From: a virus
Lineage: Duplodnaviria > Caudoviricetes
IMG/VR virus record: IMGVR_UViG_3300031867_005677
Coordinates: 11,990-75,989 of that record
Reading direction: 5' to 3' (one strand)
Length of the DNA stretch: 64,000 nucleotides
This document shows, one piece after another, positions 46,201-54,690 of the stretch; the first letter of the stretch is position 1; each line of letters begins with the position of its first letter. Both the position numbers and the translations under genes were made by a program. Below the pieces are notes generated by a model. That model worked only from the letters and a program-made list of their open reading frames with translations. It searched no databases and was not told the DNA's origin.

Positions 46201-48816
46201 TCTATTAGATAATTTACCAGAATTTTCTCCAATCAATTCATAGAAATAATTCATTTTAACATAATTACCATATTTATCAATGAAATAATCACCTTTATCA
46301 TTTTTTGAATAAAGTTTAGAATATCTATTATATCTATTATCATATGATAATGGTTTTAAATTTTTATATCTTTCAAAACTATAAAAATTTGCATTATCAT
46401 AATCATCAGTTAATTCTACTATAGTACTATTATTCTTATATTTATAGAAGTAATTTATTTTAACATATTCTCCATCAATATATAAATATAAACCATTTGA
46501 TTTCTTTTCATATTCATAATCATCATATGTTATTGTAATAGGTATAGTTACACAATTTTCATTAACATAATACAAATCTTCTATATTAGATGCATTATAA
46601 TTACTAAATTCATTAAATTTATCATCTATAATATGATTACTTTGCATAAATAATAGTCTATTTGTATCAGGGAATATAACACGGATATTATCTGATATTC
46701 TAGGTATATAAATTGGATTATCTACAATTGTTGTAAATCCAATCGTAGACAATTTAGTAGTATTAGCATAGACTTTATGTGCTATAGAAGCTCGATTAAT
46801 ATTAATATGAACAGGTAAGAAATATTGTTGATAATAATATTTAAGACAATCTAATTTAAGTGCCAATTCATTAAATATAAAATTATAATAAGGTTTATAG
46901 AATGTAATATCATCTTTAACTACTTCTACATTCTTACTAAATAAATCTTCTAATTTTGGTTTACCTTCACCAATAAAAACATTATCATAATTTTGTTGAT
47001 AGTTTTCATTAATTTCTTTATTATCTAAAACTGTTAAAGATATATTATTCGTCTTATTGAAATATTTAAATGTTTCTTTAATATCATTATTAATATCAAA
47101 ATAATCTAATACAAATTGATTTTGGAATTCATTATCTGTTTTTATAAGTTGACTAATGGCAATATGGTTTTTCCAACCAAACCATTTTAATGAATTCATC
47201 ATTGATTTAAAATTACCAGTTTCGCCTTTAATATTCATATAATTTAAAAGCAATTCTTTTAACTTATTCTTCAATAATTTTTCATCTGCATTTTTTGAAT
47301 AAAATGATGAACTATAAATAGCTTTAAGAATTTCTTTAGGTAAACGTATACCCATATTCTTACCATTTATAATTAATTCTTCACATTCATCTATAAATGT
47401 ACAACCAACAGTGATTGGTGTAAATATATTTGCTAATTCATACTCTGTTGTTGTAATTGTCTTACCTTCAGTATTTTCAGCAATTTGTCTATTATCTACA
47501 TCTAACCAAAAATCACGAGTTTTCCCCAAATAAACTGGTGTTTGCCTAATAGTATAACCAATAATATTACCTTTAGAATCACGATAATTATAAGGTTTCC
47601 AAATATAATTTGTTTCACCATTAATTGTTTGAGGTTCATATTGTGCATTAATTTCTAATAAGTGTTGAACATGATATTTATCTTCATTATTTACATATTG
47701 TTCATCTCCTGGATAAGTACTTTGGCAAAATTCATAATAATCAGAACCATATTCTGTTTCATCATCATCATCCATTTCTATATAACCTTCATGGTTAGTA
47801 CATAAAACAGATCCACAATAGTTACACCCATCATATATTTCACCTTCAAATACATACCAACCGGCAGGAAGTTCATTCTCTAATCTATAAATATAATGGT
47901 ATGAATCAGTAAACATATTACCAAATAATTGCCAATTACCATTATTATCTTGTGACAAGAAATTCCTTATACGTTTATATTGATTTGCTTGTTCTGGAGC
48001 ATCTTTATCATATGCTGTTGATAGAATATTATTTGTTCTTACATATTGTACATAAGGATCTCCACTATATAATATTTCATGTTTATTAAATCCAGCATTA
48101 AGCCCTTGTGTATATTTTTCATTATTAAAACCTACATTAATTACTAATACTGGTGATGATGACTTTGTTTGAGTAGCAATATCATAACTATAAATTTTAA
48201 TAGGGCTTAATGATTGTTTAATTATATAATCATAATATTCTTCACGAGTATAATGTTTAGTAATAATTTTTGAAGTTTCTTTTTGATATGTATACTTAAT
48301 AGTAATATTATTTAAAAATGTACCTTCTATTTCAGAAAACCCAACAACATAAAATGGAAACATATAGAATTTATTATTAGTGGTATTTGAAGAAACTACA
48401 AGATTAATATTATCTTCATTGGAATTAGCTCCTTCAATATCAAAATAAAAATCATCTAAGGTCAACTTATCTACAAATTGAGACTTATCTAAACCTACTG
48501 GCTTAGAAATACTATCTGATTGTTCTAATTGAGATTGTAAATATTTAGGACTTATAAGTTTATAGAATTGAGAACTATTCGAAATCTCTAATGAAAAATA
48601 TGATTTAATTTCATCGTTATCATCAGTATATATACTATCTTTTATAAATTTTGCATCTAATAAAAATCTAACTGGTTTAATATAATAATTATTTATTGAT
48701 ACTGATGAATCTTTTAACCAGAATATATAATCTCCTTCAACATATTCTAAGTTAATAGGTTTATCTTCATAAGAAGGTAAGCTAAAAATATGACCTGTAC
48801 TGTCTATAAATTCCAT
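43216..48816 (-). CDS. Large virion protein: gp7-like baseplate wedge region plus C-terminal DUF1566-like (C-type lectin fold) domain
   Basis: NIKGETGNFKSMMNSLKWFGW resembles the gp7-type KGT..S..F segment; C-terminal NGWENT...WYIPAFAE...LWTTTEYSSSQMW. Confidence 0.5.
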   Translation of the reverse strand: MEFIDSTGHIFSLPSYEDKPINLEYVEGDYIFWLKDSSVSINNYYIKPVRFLLDAKFIKDSIYTDDNDEIKSYFSLEISNSSQFYKLISPKYLQSQLEQSDSISKPVGLDKSQFVDKLTLDDFYFDIEGANSNEDNINLVVSSNTTNNKFYMFPFYVVGFSEIEGTFLNNITIKYTYQKETSKIITKHYTREEYYDYIIKQSLSPIKIYSYDIATQTKSSSPVLVINVGFNNEKYTQGLNAGFNKHEILYSGDPYVQYVRTNNILSTAYDKDAPEQANQYKRIRNFLSQDNNGNWQLFGNMFTDSYHYIYRLENELPAGWYVFEGEIYDGCNYCGSVLCTNHEGYIEMDDDDETEYGSDYYEFCQSTYPGDEQYVNNEDKYHVQHLLEINAQYEPQTINGETNYIWKPYNYRDSKGNIIGYTIRQTPVYLGKTRDFWLDVDNRQIAENTEGKTITTTEYELANIFTPITVGCTFIDECEELIINGKNMGIRLPKEILKAIYSSSFYSKNADEKLLKNKLKELLLNYMNIKGETGNFKSMMNSLKWFGWKNHIAISQLIKTDNEFQNQFVLDYFDINNDIKETFKYFNKTNNISLTVLDNKEINENYQQNYDNVFIGEGKPKLEDLFSKNVEVVKDDITFYKPYYNFIFNELALKLDCLKYYYQQYFLPVHININRASIAHKVYANTTKLSTIGFTTIVDNPIYIPRISDNIRVIFPDTNRLLFMQSNHIIDDKFNEFSNYNASNIEDLYYVNENCVTIPITITYDDYEYEKKSNGLYLYIDGEYVKINYFYKYKNNSTIVELTDDYDNANFYSFERYKNLKPLSYDNRYNRYSKLYSKNDKGDYFIDKYGNYVKMNYFYELIGENSGKLSNRFDATHFSIVKNEDIQDLSDYIDNRYLKISEYYFNCKLILTATTINQDPSGHYIKLGDRYIYKEKFYKSDFSESDDLSNENYIKYYDKYIRIDSKDRYDIQTIYLVDDNNFNYYQNSNQYYMNFILIPRLLNNNIDYEKAYFRLSLMVNDKWFNYDFRIVTPNIYLDLGRLEYKYEITKDDSVYYPFKQLRSLSPLKFNSFIYEPDLVTINTLFKGKDSEDNDKLLTFIDKLLETDDGTNNPDQHKMYEFYKKYYSNILKVPYNTKYYNRIHIFDIYVEEWGGIDYIIKLEDYSLSIGQSWEEWSPYNGGINNIIKGWRNYLGDIVEEYPDSTIRFYRDNIPLEPMNINNLLIHYHMVYEGIEYDLPILDDIEGSINKFDIINNGEVIDTLYRYNGRAFKYLYTKLGNTRVDHTTVDLYWYSINQINTTQTAPLKNNGKMQYDPNADYTSLYQTFFNSDLSYKYQLKENNVIYDYYLMHDDKEWYIVAISQYPIASYPDADLLNIHDKEHIIGGYRIVYNDYSVDKFLINRMVIKKANGYNQFNKDDLVIVGVNNNDYQFNIDLNNKWTVSRIYDINSVYDVNSNTNLTIITNDNIDNLYAPGYYNIKLQYTINGLNNILHNAIAQYRILDKYQDIKYPEIIEPIIEEETFDIKDTISDFTILYENENGQRFKSKEIVDPSLGWRPIGIKILNNGYFGPEQKYSIYIGLKMLSTVKDNNGEFKFSNSGSQSSNSVPAFGFYNIDIPTLKNYPYICYSDEGHTLTKNMIYPQTDYHNYQNSYPNNYGDATLAGQFKWPAPNDRGWYYDPASASGNIYNVNLLNDDDTFNSNLIDENSSVSDWNGWENTMNIIKAFGEQYSIMDENGNIDEHNISNWFNESGNIINNTNLRFSPMCACAYKYKTKSTNYGDWYIPAFAEVFFLSYNFQRLTNLFSDIANRYPEDCKVDLLTSLGSNALWTTTEYSSSQMWEIHPSQHAHPLSKSTSWRSFPYIRIEE

Positions 48817-48834
48817 TAAATTTACATATGTTTA

Positions 48835-48885
48835 TTTAATAAAAATAAGACTATAAAATTATTTTTAAATATAAATTGATAATAA
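48835..48885. promoter_or_regulatory. Divergent pair of candidate late-promoter motifs
   Basis: TATTTTTATTAAA on - (48835-48847) and TATTTTTAAATATAAA on + (48870-48885). Confidence 0.35.
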
Positions 48886-48891
48886 TATTTT

Positions 48892-49806
48892 ATGAAAAGC
48901 TTCAAACAAACATATTTTGTTGAAAATGTTAATACTATAAATGGTTTTGTTATTCTAAAACCAGAATTTCTAGATCATGAAGAAGACTTTCTAAAACTTC
49001 TTAAAAATAATGGATGGGATATTATTCAAAAACAAAAAAGAACTCTATCTAATGATGAAGCAGCAGAACTTTATAAAATGCATAAGGATAAAGATTTCTA
49101 TAAGCCTTTATGCAAATATATGAGTTCTGGTGATTGTCTTTGTTGTATGTGTCATAAAGATTGTAATGATCCTATTAAAGATATGGATGCTATTAAAGAC
49201 AAGGTTCGTAAGACATGGGGAAAAGATGAAATGAAAAATGGTATGCATTCATCAGATAGCTTAGATAATGTCAATCGTGAATCTAAACTTATATTTGAAA
49301 AGAAAGTTGTAGAATCTGAAAGTGATGATTTGCAAATAAAAATGGAAGCATCAGAAATCAAAACATTAGTAGAAATGTTAAAGAATGCATTAGCTGAAGA
49401 AATATTAGCTTGGTATCATTATACAATATGTGCTCCATTCTTGACAGGTAAAATGCGTCCGGATGTGGAGAAACTATTTATAGAAACTGCTAAAGATGAA
49501 TTTGAAGATCATGCTTGTTGGTTAATGGAAAGACTTCGTCAATTGGGAGAAGATCCAGGAGAATTATTAGATCCAAATCAGATGAATACTATTGCAAAAC
49601 ATAAATATATCATGCCTTCATTTGATACTAAGAAAGCTATTCAAAATAATATTGAAGCGGAAAAGGGAGCTATAGAGACTTATACAGAATTAGAAACATT
49701 CACTAAAGACAAAGATATAGTAACACATGCTAAAATAGAAGAGATATTAGCTGATGAACAAGAACATCTTAAATTATTAAATAAATTAGCTGAAGATATA
49801 AAATGA
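48892..49806 (+). CDS. ndk: Nucleoside diphosphate kinase fused to a ferritin-like (bacterioferritin/DPSL-type) domain; capsid-targeting N-terminus
   Basis: NDK: ILKPE, FYKPLCKYMSSG, KNGMHSSDS. Ferritin: ALAEE..AWYHY, DE..DH..WL.ERL.QLG, EAEKGAI..Y, ILADEQEH. N-terminus MKSFKQTYFVE. Confidence 0.85.
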   Translation: MKSFKQTYFVENVNTINGFVILKPEFLDHEEDFLKLLKNNGWDIIQKQKRTLSNDEAAELYKMHKDKDFYKPLCKYMSSGDCLCCMCHKDCNDPIKDMDAIKDKVRKTWGKDEMKNGMHSSDSLDNVNRESKLIFEKKVVESESDDLQIKMEASEIKTLVEMLKNALAEEILAWYHYTICAPFLTGKMRPDVEKLFIETAKDEFEDHACWLMERLRQLGEDPGELLDPNQMNTIAKHKYIMPSFDTKKAIQNNIEAEKGAIETYTELETFTKDKDIVTHAKIEEILADEQEHLKLLNKLAEDIK

Positions 49807-50336
49807 AAAATCTAAAAGATATAATTATTGAGAAGTTAAAAATCAATTCTAATTCTAAAGTTAATAATAAATTTGACCCAGAAAGATTAACTGATCATAG
49901 ATTTGTTTTATATGATTCTCAATCTTATGAAAATGAAGATGATGAAGCGGTTGATTGGAAAGATTGTGAAGATTCTTTAATGTCTTATAATGACCAAGCC
50001 GCTGGTTTTATTACATGTGATAACCCAATATCTAAAATTAAAAATTATAGTAAAGATATAAGTTTAATTGATGAGGATTTATTGTCATTAAGAGAAAGAA
50101 TTATTACCGGTAAAGATCTTGGTTATGAAATTAGATATGAATATGGGCATTTAGAATTTGATTGTATTAATTCTGGTTCTAGACGTACATTCTATATTTA
50201 TGGATTACCCAAAAATGCTTATGATAAAATAATTACTTGGTGGGAATCTCCAGATGAATTAGAAGGAGACACTGATGAAGAAAAATTAGCTTTCTTATTT
50301 GAAGAAGGAAATATAATAGCAATTGAAGATAAATGA
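49803..50336 (+). CDS. Putative internal head protein with EKLKI tag; acidic domain
   Basis: MKNLKDIIIEKLKINSNSKVN. Confidence 0.6.
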   Translation: MKNLKDIIIEKLKINSNSKVNNKFDPERLTDHRFVLYDSQSYENEDDEAVDWKDCEDSLMSYNDQAAGFITCDNPISKIKNYSKDISLIDEDLLSLRERIITGKDLGYEIRYEYGHLEFDCINSGSRRTFYIYGLPKNAYDKIITWWESPDELEGDTDEEKLAFLFEEGNIIAIEDK

Positions 50337-51208
50337 AAACTTTAAAAGAAATTATTTTAATATCTAAAAAGCCATCATCTATAGATAATTATATACAAGA
50401 AAAACTCAAAATTGGATCAAAGACAAAGGTAAATATGTATACTTGTCAACCAAAAGATAAAAATGAACTTAAAAGTATAATAAAAGAACGTCTAGATAAA
50501 GATAAGAATGCTGACTTAAATGATATAGATGTATCTAAAATAAATGATATGTCTACTTTATTTAATCAATTAGATCCTCACAATATAGACTTAAGTGAAT
50601 GGGATGTATCTAATGTTATTGATATGAATGAAATGTTTTTAGGATGTGATAATTTTAATTGTGATTTATCTAAATGGGATATATCAAAAGTCAAATGTAT
50701 GATAAGTATGTTTAGATACTGTGAAAATTTTAATGGTGATATATCTAAATGGGATGTATCTAATGTTACTGATATGAGTAATATATTTAATAATTGTGAA
50801 AAATTTAATTGTGATTTATCTAAGTGGGATGTATCAAATGTTACTAATATGAAATGTATGTTTTTCCATTGTAATAATTTCAATTTTGACTTAAGTGAAT
50901 GGGATGTATCTAATGTTACTGATATGAATGAAATGTTTTTTGGGTGTAATAATTTTAATTCAGATTTAAGTGAATGGGATGTATCTAATGTTACTAATAT
51001 GAGTGATATGTTTGGTAATTGTGAAAAATTTAATTGTGATTTATCTAAGTGGGATGTATCAAATGTTACTAATATGAAATGTATGTTTTATAATTGTAAT
51101 AATTTTAATTCTGACTTAAGTAATTGGGATGTTTCAAATGTTAAAAATATGTATTTTATGTTTGATGGGTGTAAATCACTAAAAAATAAACCAAGTTGGT
51201 ACAAATGA
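50333..51208 (+). CDS. DUF285/BspA-type repeat protein with EKLKI tag
   Basis: IQEKLKIGSKTKVN; eight 25-aa WDVSNV..M..MF..C..FN.DLS. units. Confidence 0.85.
   Translation: MKTLKEIILISKKPSSIDNYIQEKLKIGSKTKVNMYTCQPKDKNELKSIIKERLDKDKNADLNDIDVSKINDMSTLFNQLDPHNIDLSEWDVSNVIDMNEMFLGCDNFNCDLSKWDISKVKCMISMFRYCENFNGDISKWDVSNVTDMSNIFNNCEKFNCDLSKWDVSNVTNMKCMFFHCNNFNFDLSEWDVSNVTDMNEMFFGCNNFNSDLSEWDVSNVTNMSDMFGNCEKFNCDLSKWDVSNVTNMKCMFYNCNNFNSDLSNWDVSNVKNMYFMFDGCKSLKNKPSWYK
50590..51175 (+). repeat. 75-bp tandem repeats encoding DUF285 units
   Basis: tgggat(g/a)t starts at 50600, 50675, 50750 ... 51125. Confidence 0.9.
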
Positions 51209-51669
51209 AAACTTTAAAAGAAATAATCATTGAAAAATTAAAAATTTCTTCTAATTCTAAAGTTATTGGTGAATTAGATAATTTTGATAATTTTGCCAAA
51301 GAATATGATGGTGAATATTCTGAAGGAGTAATTTTATTTAATGAAGATAGTCTTTTTTATAAGAAAGCTATAGATATTATATCAAAAAGATATAGTGGAT
51401 TTAAATCAAGATTAATTTGTGATAGAATAGCAGGTAATTCAATGACAAAAAAATATAGATATTATGTTTCAATATTCACATCACAAAGAATAAATGTATC
51501 ATGTGTTGACAGAGGTCAGGCAAAATCAGTATCATTTATGATGATTCAAAATATGGAATCCGATAAACAAATTAAATTAACTTATGGTGTTAACGATCCT
51601 GATGAATCTATAGAGAAAACCTATGTAAATATAATACTTAATAATATCATCAATGGAAAATTTGATTAA
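51205..51669 (+). CDS. Putative internal head protein with EKLKI tag
   Basis: Start reassigned to MKTLKEIIIEKLKISSNSKVI (ATGA coupling). Confidence 0.6.
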   Translation: MKTLKEIIIEKLKISSNSKVIGELDNFDNFAKEYDGEYSEGVILFNEDSLFYKKAIDIISKRYSGFKSRLICDRIAGNSMTKKYRYYVSIFTSQRINVSCVDRGQAKSVSFMMIQNMESDKQIKLTYGVNDPDESIEKTYVNIILNNIINGKFD

Positions 51670-52147
51670 TATAATTGAAAAATTAAAAATTAGTTCAAAA
51701 ACAAAAGTATCTACAGAAATAGAAATGGAAACAATAGATGATTTATGTAAAAAATATAATTGTGAATTCCATCATGATTCAACTAATGATACTTTTAATT
51801 ATAATTATTTAACTCATGATAATAAACAAATAACACTTATAATTGAAGATATAATAAAATATTCATGGACAGCTTGGAAACAATTAATTCAAAATACCGA
51901 AAAATATATTGATAAATTTAATGATAACCAAAAATATCAATTAAAGATTAGAAAAAACAATGATGCTAAATTAATTGTTATTGATTGTGAAGGAAAATTA
52001 AATAATAAATATCACTTATTTGGATCTATAACATTAGCTACAAATAACAATATTTCAGAAACTATTGATAAAAAGAATGATACAAAAAATGTAGAAATGT
52101 TATTAGTTAAAATTGCGGATTATATATTAAGTATTTGGGATAAATAA
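51653..52147 (+). CDS. Putative internal head protein with EKLKI tag
   Basis: MENLINIIEKLKISSKTKVS. Confidence 0.6.
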   Translation: MENLINIIEKLKISSKTKVSTEIEMETIDDLCKKYNCEFHHDSTNDTFNYNYLTHDNKQITLIIEDIIKYSWTAWKQLIQNTEKYIDKFNDNQKYQLKIRKNNDAKLIVIDCEGKLNNKYHLFGSITLATNNNISETIDKKNDTKNVEMLLVKIADYILSIWDK

Positions 52148-52148
52148 T

Positions 52149-52841
52149 ATGAAAACATTAAAAGAAATTATACAAGAAAAACTCAAAATTGGTTCTAAAT
52201 CAAAAATTAATCAATATCATTATTTTCCTAAAAATTATGATGAACTAAAAAATATAATTGATAAACTTATTGCTGAACGTGGAAATGAAGCTGATTTAAA
52301 TGATATTGATATATCAAAAATATATAAATTAAATAGCTTATTTACCGGTAAAGATTTTAATGGTGATATATCAGAATGGGACACAAGCAATGTGGAAAGT
52401 ATAGCAGCAATATTTCAACGTTCATCATTTAATGGTGATTTATCCAAATGGGATGTATCAAAAGTTAAAAATATGTCATGGGCTTTTGCAGGATCTAAAT
52501 TTAATAATAATAGTATTTGTAAATGGGACACAAGCAATGTGGAAAATATGGAGGCAATGTTTAGTGCAGCAGTAGAATTTAATCAAGATTTATCTGAATG
52601 GAATGTTAGTAAGGTTGAAGACATGAATATGTTATTTAGAAAAACATCTTTTAATAAAGACATATCTAATTGGGATGTTAGTAAAGTTAAGATTATGCAT
52701 GATATGTTTGCCGATTGCCCATTTAACCACAAAATAGATAATTGGAAAGTTAATAATGATTGTTCATTATATGATATGTTTTATAAATGTCCACTAAAAA
52801 AACATCCACCTAAATGGTATAAAGAAGATGAAGAAGATTAA
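52149..52841 (+). CDS. DUF285/BspA-type repeat protein with EKLKI tag
   Basis: MKTLKEIIQEKLKIGSKSKIN; ADLNDIDISK; WD(T/V)S.V repeats. Confidence 0.85.
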   Translation: MKTLKEIIQEKLKIGSKSKINQYHYFPKNYDELKNIIDKLIAERGNEADLNDIDISKIYKLNSLFTGKDFNGDISEWDTSNVESIAAIFQRSSFNGDLSKWDVSKVKNMSWAFAGSKFNNNSICKWDTSNVENMEAMFSAAVEFNQDLSEWNVSKVEDMNMLFRKTSFNKDISNWDVSKVKIMHDMFADCPFNHKIDNWKVNNDCSLYDMFYKCPLKKHPPKWYKEDEED

Positions 52842-53370
52842 TAATTTTATAATAGAAAAACTCAAAATTGGTTCTAAATCAAAAGTAAATGAGAAAATAA
52901 AACCTGAAGATGCTGCTGCTCTTAAAAGAGAAGTTCTTAAAAAGATAATTAATAAAGAAACTGATTTTAATGATATAGATATTTCGGCAGTAAAGGATTT
53001 ATCTCATTTATTTGAAGACCAAGATATTTCTGAAATTGATATATCTGAATGGGATGTATCTCATGTTGAATCTATGAGAGCTATGTTTCAAAATTGTAGG
53101 TATCTTAAAACATGTGGAGATTTAGGAAAATGGGATGTTGGAAATGTTTTAGATATGTCTTGGATGTTCAATGGGTGTCAATGTTTAAAAGATATTGGTG
53201 ATTTACAAAATTGGGAGATTAATGACACGAAAATGAAATGTGCATTTCAAGGATGTAAAAGATTAAAAAGTTTAGGATATATAAAACATTGGAGGCCAAA
53301 AGAACCTAATTATGATATATTTACTGGTACTGATATACCTTATAAAGATTTACCATTTAAAAAAATATAA
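52828..53370 (+). CDS. DUF285/BspA-type repeat protein with EKLKI tag
   Basis: MKKINNFIIEKLKIGSKSKVN; DFNDIDIS; WDVSHVESM, WDVGNVLDM. Confidence 0.8.
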   Translation: MKKINNFIIEKLKIGSKSKVNEKIKPEDAAALKREVLKKIINKETDFNDIDISAVKDLSHLFEDQDISEIDISEWDVSHVESMRAMFQNCRYLKTCGDLGKWDVGNVLDMSWMFNGCQCLKDIGDLQNWEINDTKMKCAFQGCKRLKSLGYIKHWRPKEPNYDIFTGTDIPYKDLPFKKI

Positions 53371-53373
53371 AAC

Positions 53374-53400
53374 AATGGGTGGCTTTAAAGCCACCCATTT
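53374..53400. terminator. Bidirectional terminator between convergent blocks
   Basis: aatgggtggc-tttaaa-gccacccatt. Confidence 0.85.
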
Positions 53401-53401
53401 A

Positions 53402-53812
53402 TCATAAATTAACCAAGTCTAATCCAACCGGTTCTCGATGATACATATAATTTGTCTTAATATGTTCATTAATAAACTTTGCTTTATTCTTTGCATTTAC
53501 CAAATTATTATATACAAGTTTATGTACATCATGATAGAAATAACCAAATGGTTCTGGACGCATTCCCAATTCAAATCCTTCCACTGACTTTGCCATACAC
53601 TTATATTGAACAAACAAGGTTCCAGTCTCCTTAATGTAACCAATTCCATCTACATTGGAATTTTCATTAATTGTCATAATTGGAAACATATGTTTATTCA
53701 TTTCTATATACATATCCAAAGCTGTCTCTTCTTCTGGGTTATATTCAACAACTTTATTCTTCTTTAAAACCTTTTTATCTTTATCCATACTTTTAAATAT
53801 TATTTTCGTCAT
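53402..53812 (-). CDS. KTSC-domain protein
   Basis: SNVDGIGY....TLFVQY...Y.Y.DV...VYN.LVNAKNKAKFINEHIK. Confidence 0.7.
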   Translation of the reverse strand: MTKIIFKSMDKDKKVLKKNKVVEYNPEEETALDMYIEMNKHMFPIMTINENSNVDGIGYIKETGTLFVQYKCMAKSVEGFELGMRPEPFGYFYHDVHKLVYNNLVNAKNKAKFINEHIKTNYMYHREPVGLDLVNL

Positions 53813-54128
53813 AATTGCGTATTTCTTGCTTAGCTTCTTGTCTTTTCTTTTTATTCAATAAACGTCTTTCATATTTAGTCCAATAACTTTTATTATAGAC
53901 TGTTCTAGTATTCTTGTACATATAAGCCCATGTGGAGTTTTGTTTTAAATCCTTCCAAGATTCGGCATCTTTCCAATGATGCTTATTTATCTTATAATAT
54001 TTCTTTTCATGATCAGGTAATTCCTCTTCATTATCACATGGAATTCTTTTATCACCTAATCTATAAAATGTCTTAATTCTTTTATACCAATACTTAAGTT
54101 TTAGTTTTCTTCTTAAAGCTCTATTCAT
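53793..54128 (-). CDS. Basic hypothetical protein
   Basis: 111-aa K/R-rich ORF. Confidence 0.55.
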   Translation of the reverse strand: MNRALRRKLKLKYWYKRIKTFYRLGDKRIPCDNEEELPDHEKKYYKINKHHWKDAESWKDLKQNSTWAYMYKNTRTVYNKSYWTKYERRLLNKKKRQEAKQEIRNYDENNI

Positions 54129-54591
54129 AAATTTTATCTGAATTATTTTTTAGTATAATATAAAGAACATTATCATTATCATACCAATATCTGGTCCATT
54201 TTGATTTATCCTTTATATTATCTTGAATATATTTCTTTGCTTCCTCATCATTATAAAGAAATTCCTTATCCTTCTCTTCTACTTTTACTTGTCCTTTTTT
54301 ATTCAAAGTTTTAATATATCCTTTCAAATCTTCATCTGTAAATTTCTTTGGTCTACCCTTTGGGCGTCTCATTCTAGGTTGCCTAAACAAAGTCTCATCT
54401 ACATATTCATATTTATATTCATGTTTACACTTAGTAATTTTATCTGCTTGATCTGAAAATTCATATAATTCTTTAATACGTGCTTTTACTTCTTCTTCAT
54501 TCTTATATACTTTATCAAATTTAAAGAACTTAGTAAATTCTTTACCATTCTTAGTCCAATGTTCGTATCTACAAAAAATTGCGTAAACCAT
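54121..54591 (-). CDS. Hypothetical protein with an AT-hook-like PKGRPKK (ends in TAG)
   Basis: 156-aa ORF after a promoter. Confidence 0.55.
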   Translation of the reverse strand: MVYAIFCRYEHWTKNGKEFTKFFKFDKVYKNEEEVKARIKELYEFSDQADKITKCKHEYKYEYVDETLFRQPRMRRPKGRPKKFTDEDLKGYIKTLNKKGQVKVEEKDKEFLYNDEEAKKYIQDNIKDKSKWTRYWYDNDNVLYIILKNNSDKIYE

Positions 54592-54617
54592 TATTTTTTT
54601 ATTTAATTTATTATCTA

Positions 54618-54652
54618 CAAATATAAAATAGAAACATTCTGTAAAAATTCAA
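54618..54652 (-). promoter_or_regulatory. Promoter TTGAAT-N16-TATTTT(ATATTTG)
   Basis: Conserved motif; includes TAnnTTTG; back-to-back with TATTTTTATATAA (+, 54657). Confidence 0.7.
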
Positions 54653-54690
54653 TTTTTATTTTTATATAAGTTAATTTATATATTATTTTA

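Noticed and set aside
43216-48816. A complete diversity-generating retroelement
   Set aside because: No reverse transcriptase, Avd or template repeat is visible in the window; kept only as a possible target.
50590-51175. Regular 75-bp repeats as a CRISPR array
   Set aside because: The repeats are in-frame coding units of a DUF285 protein, with no unique spacers or cas genes.
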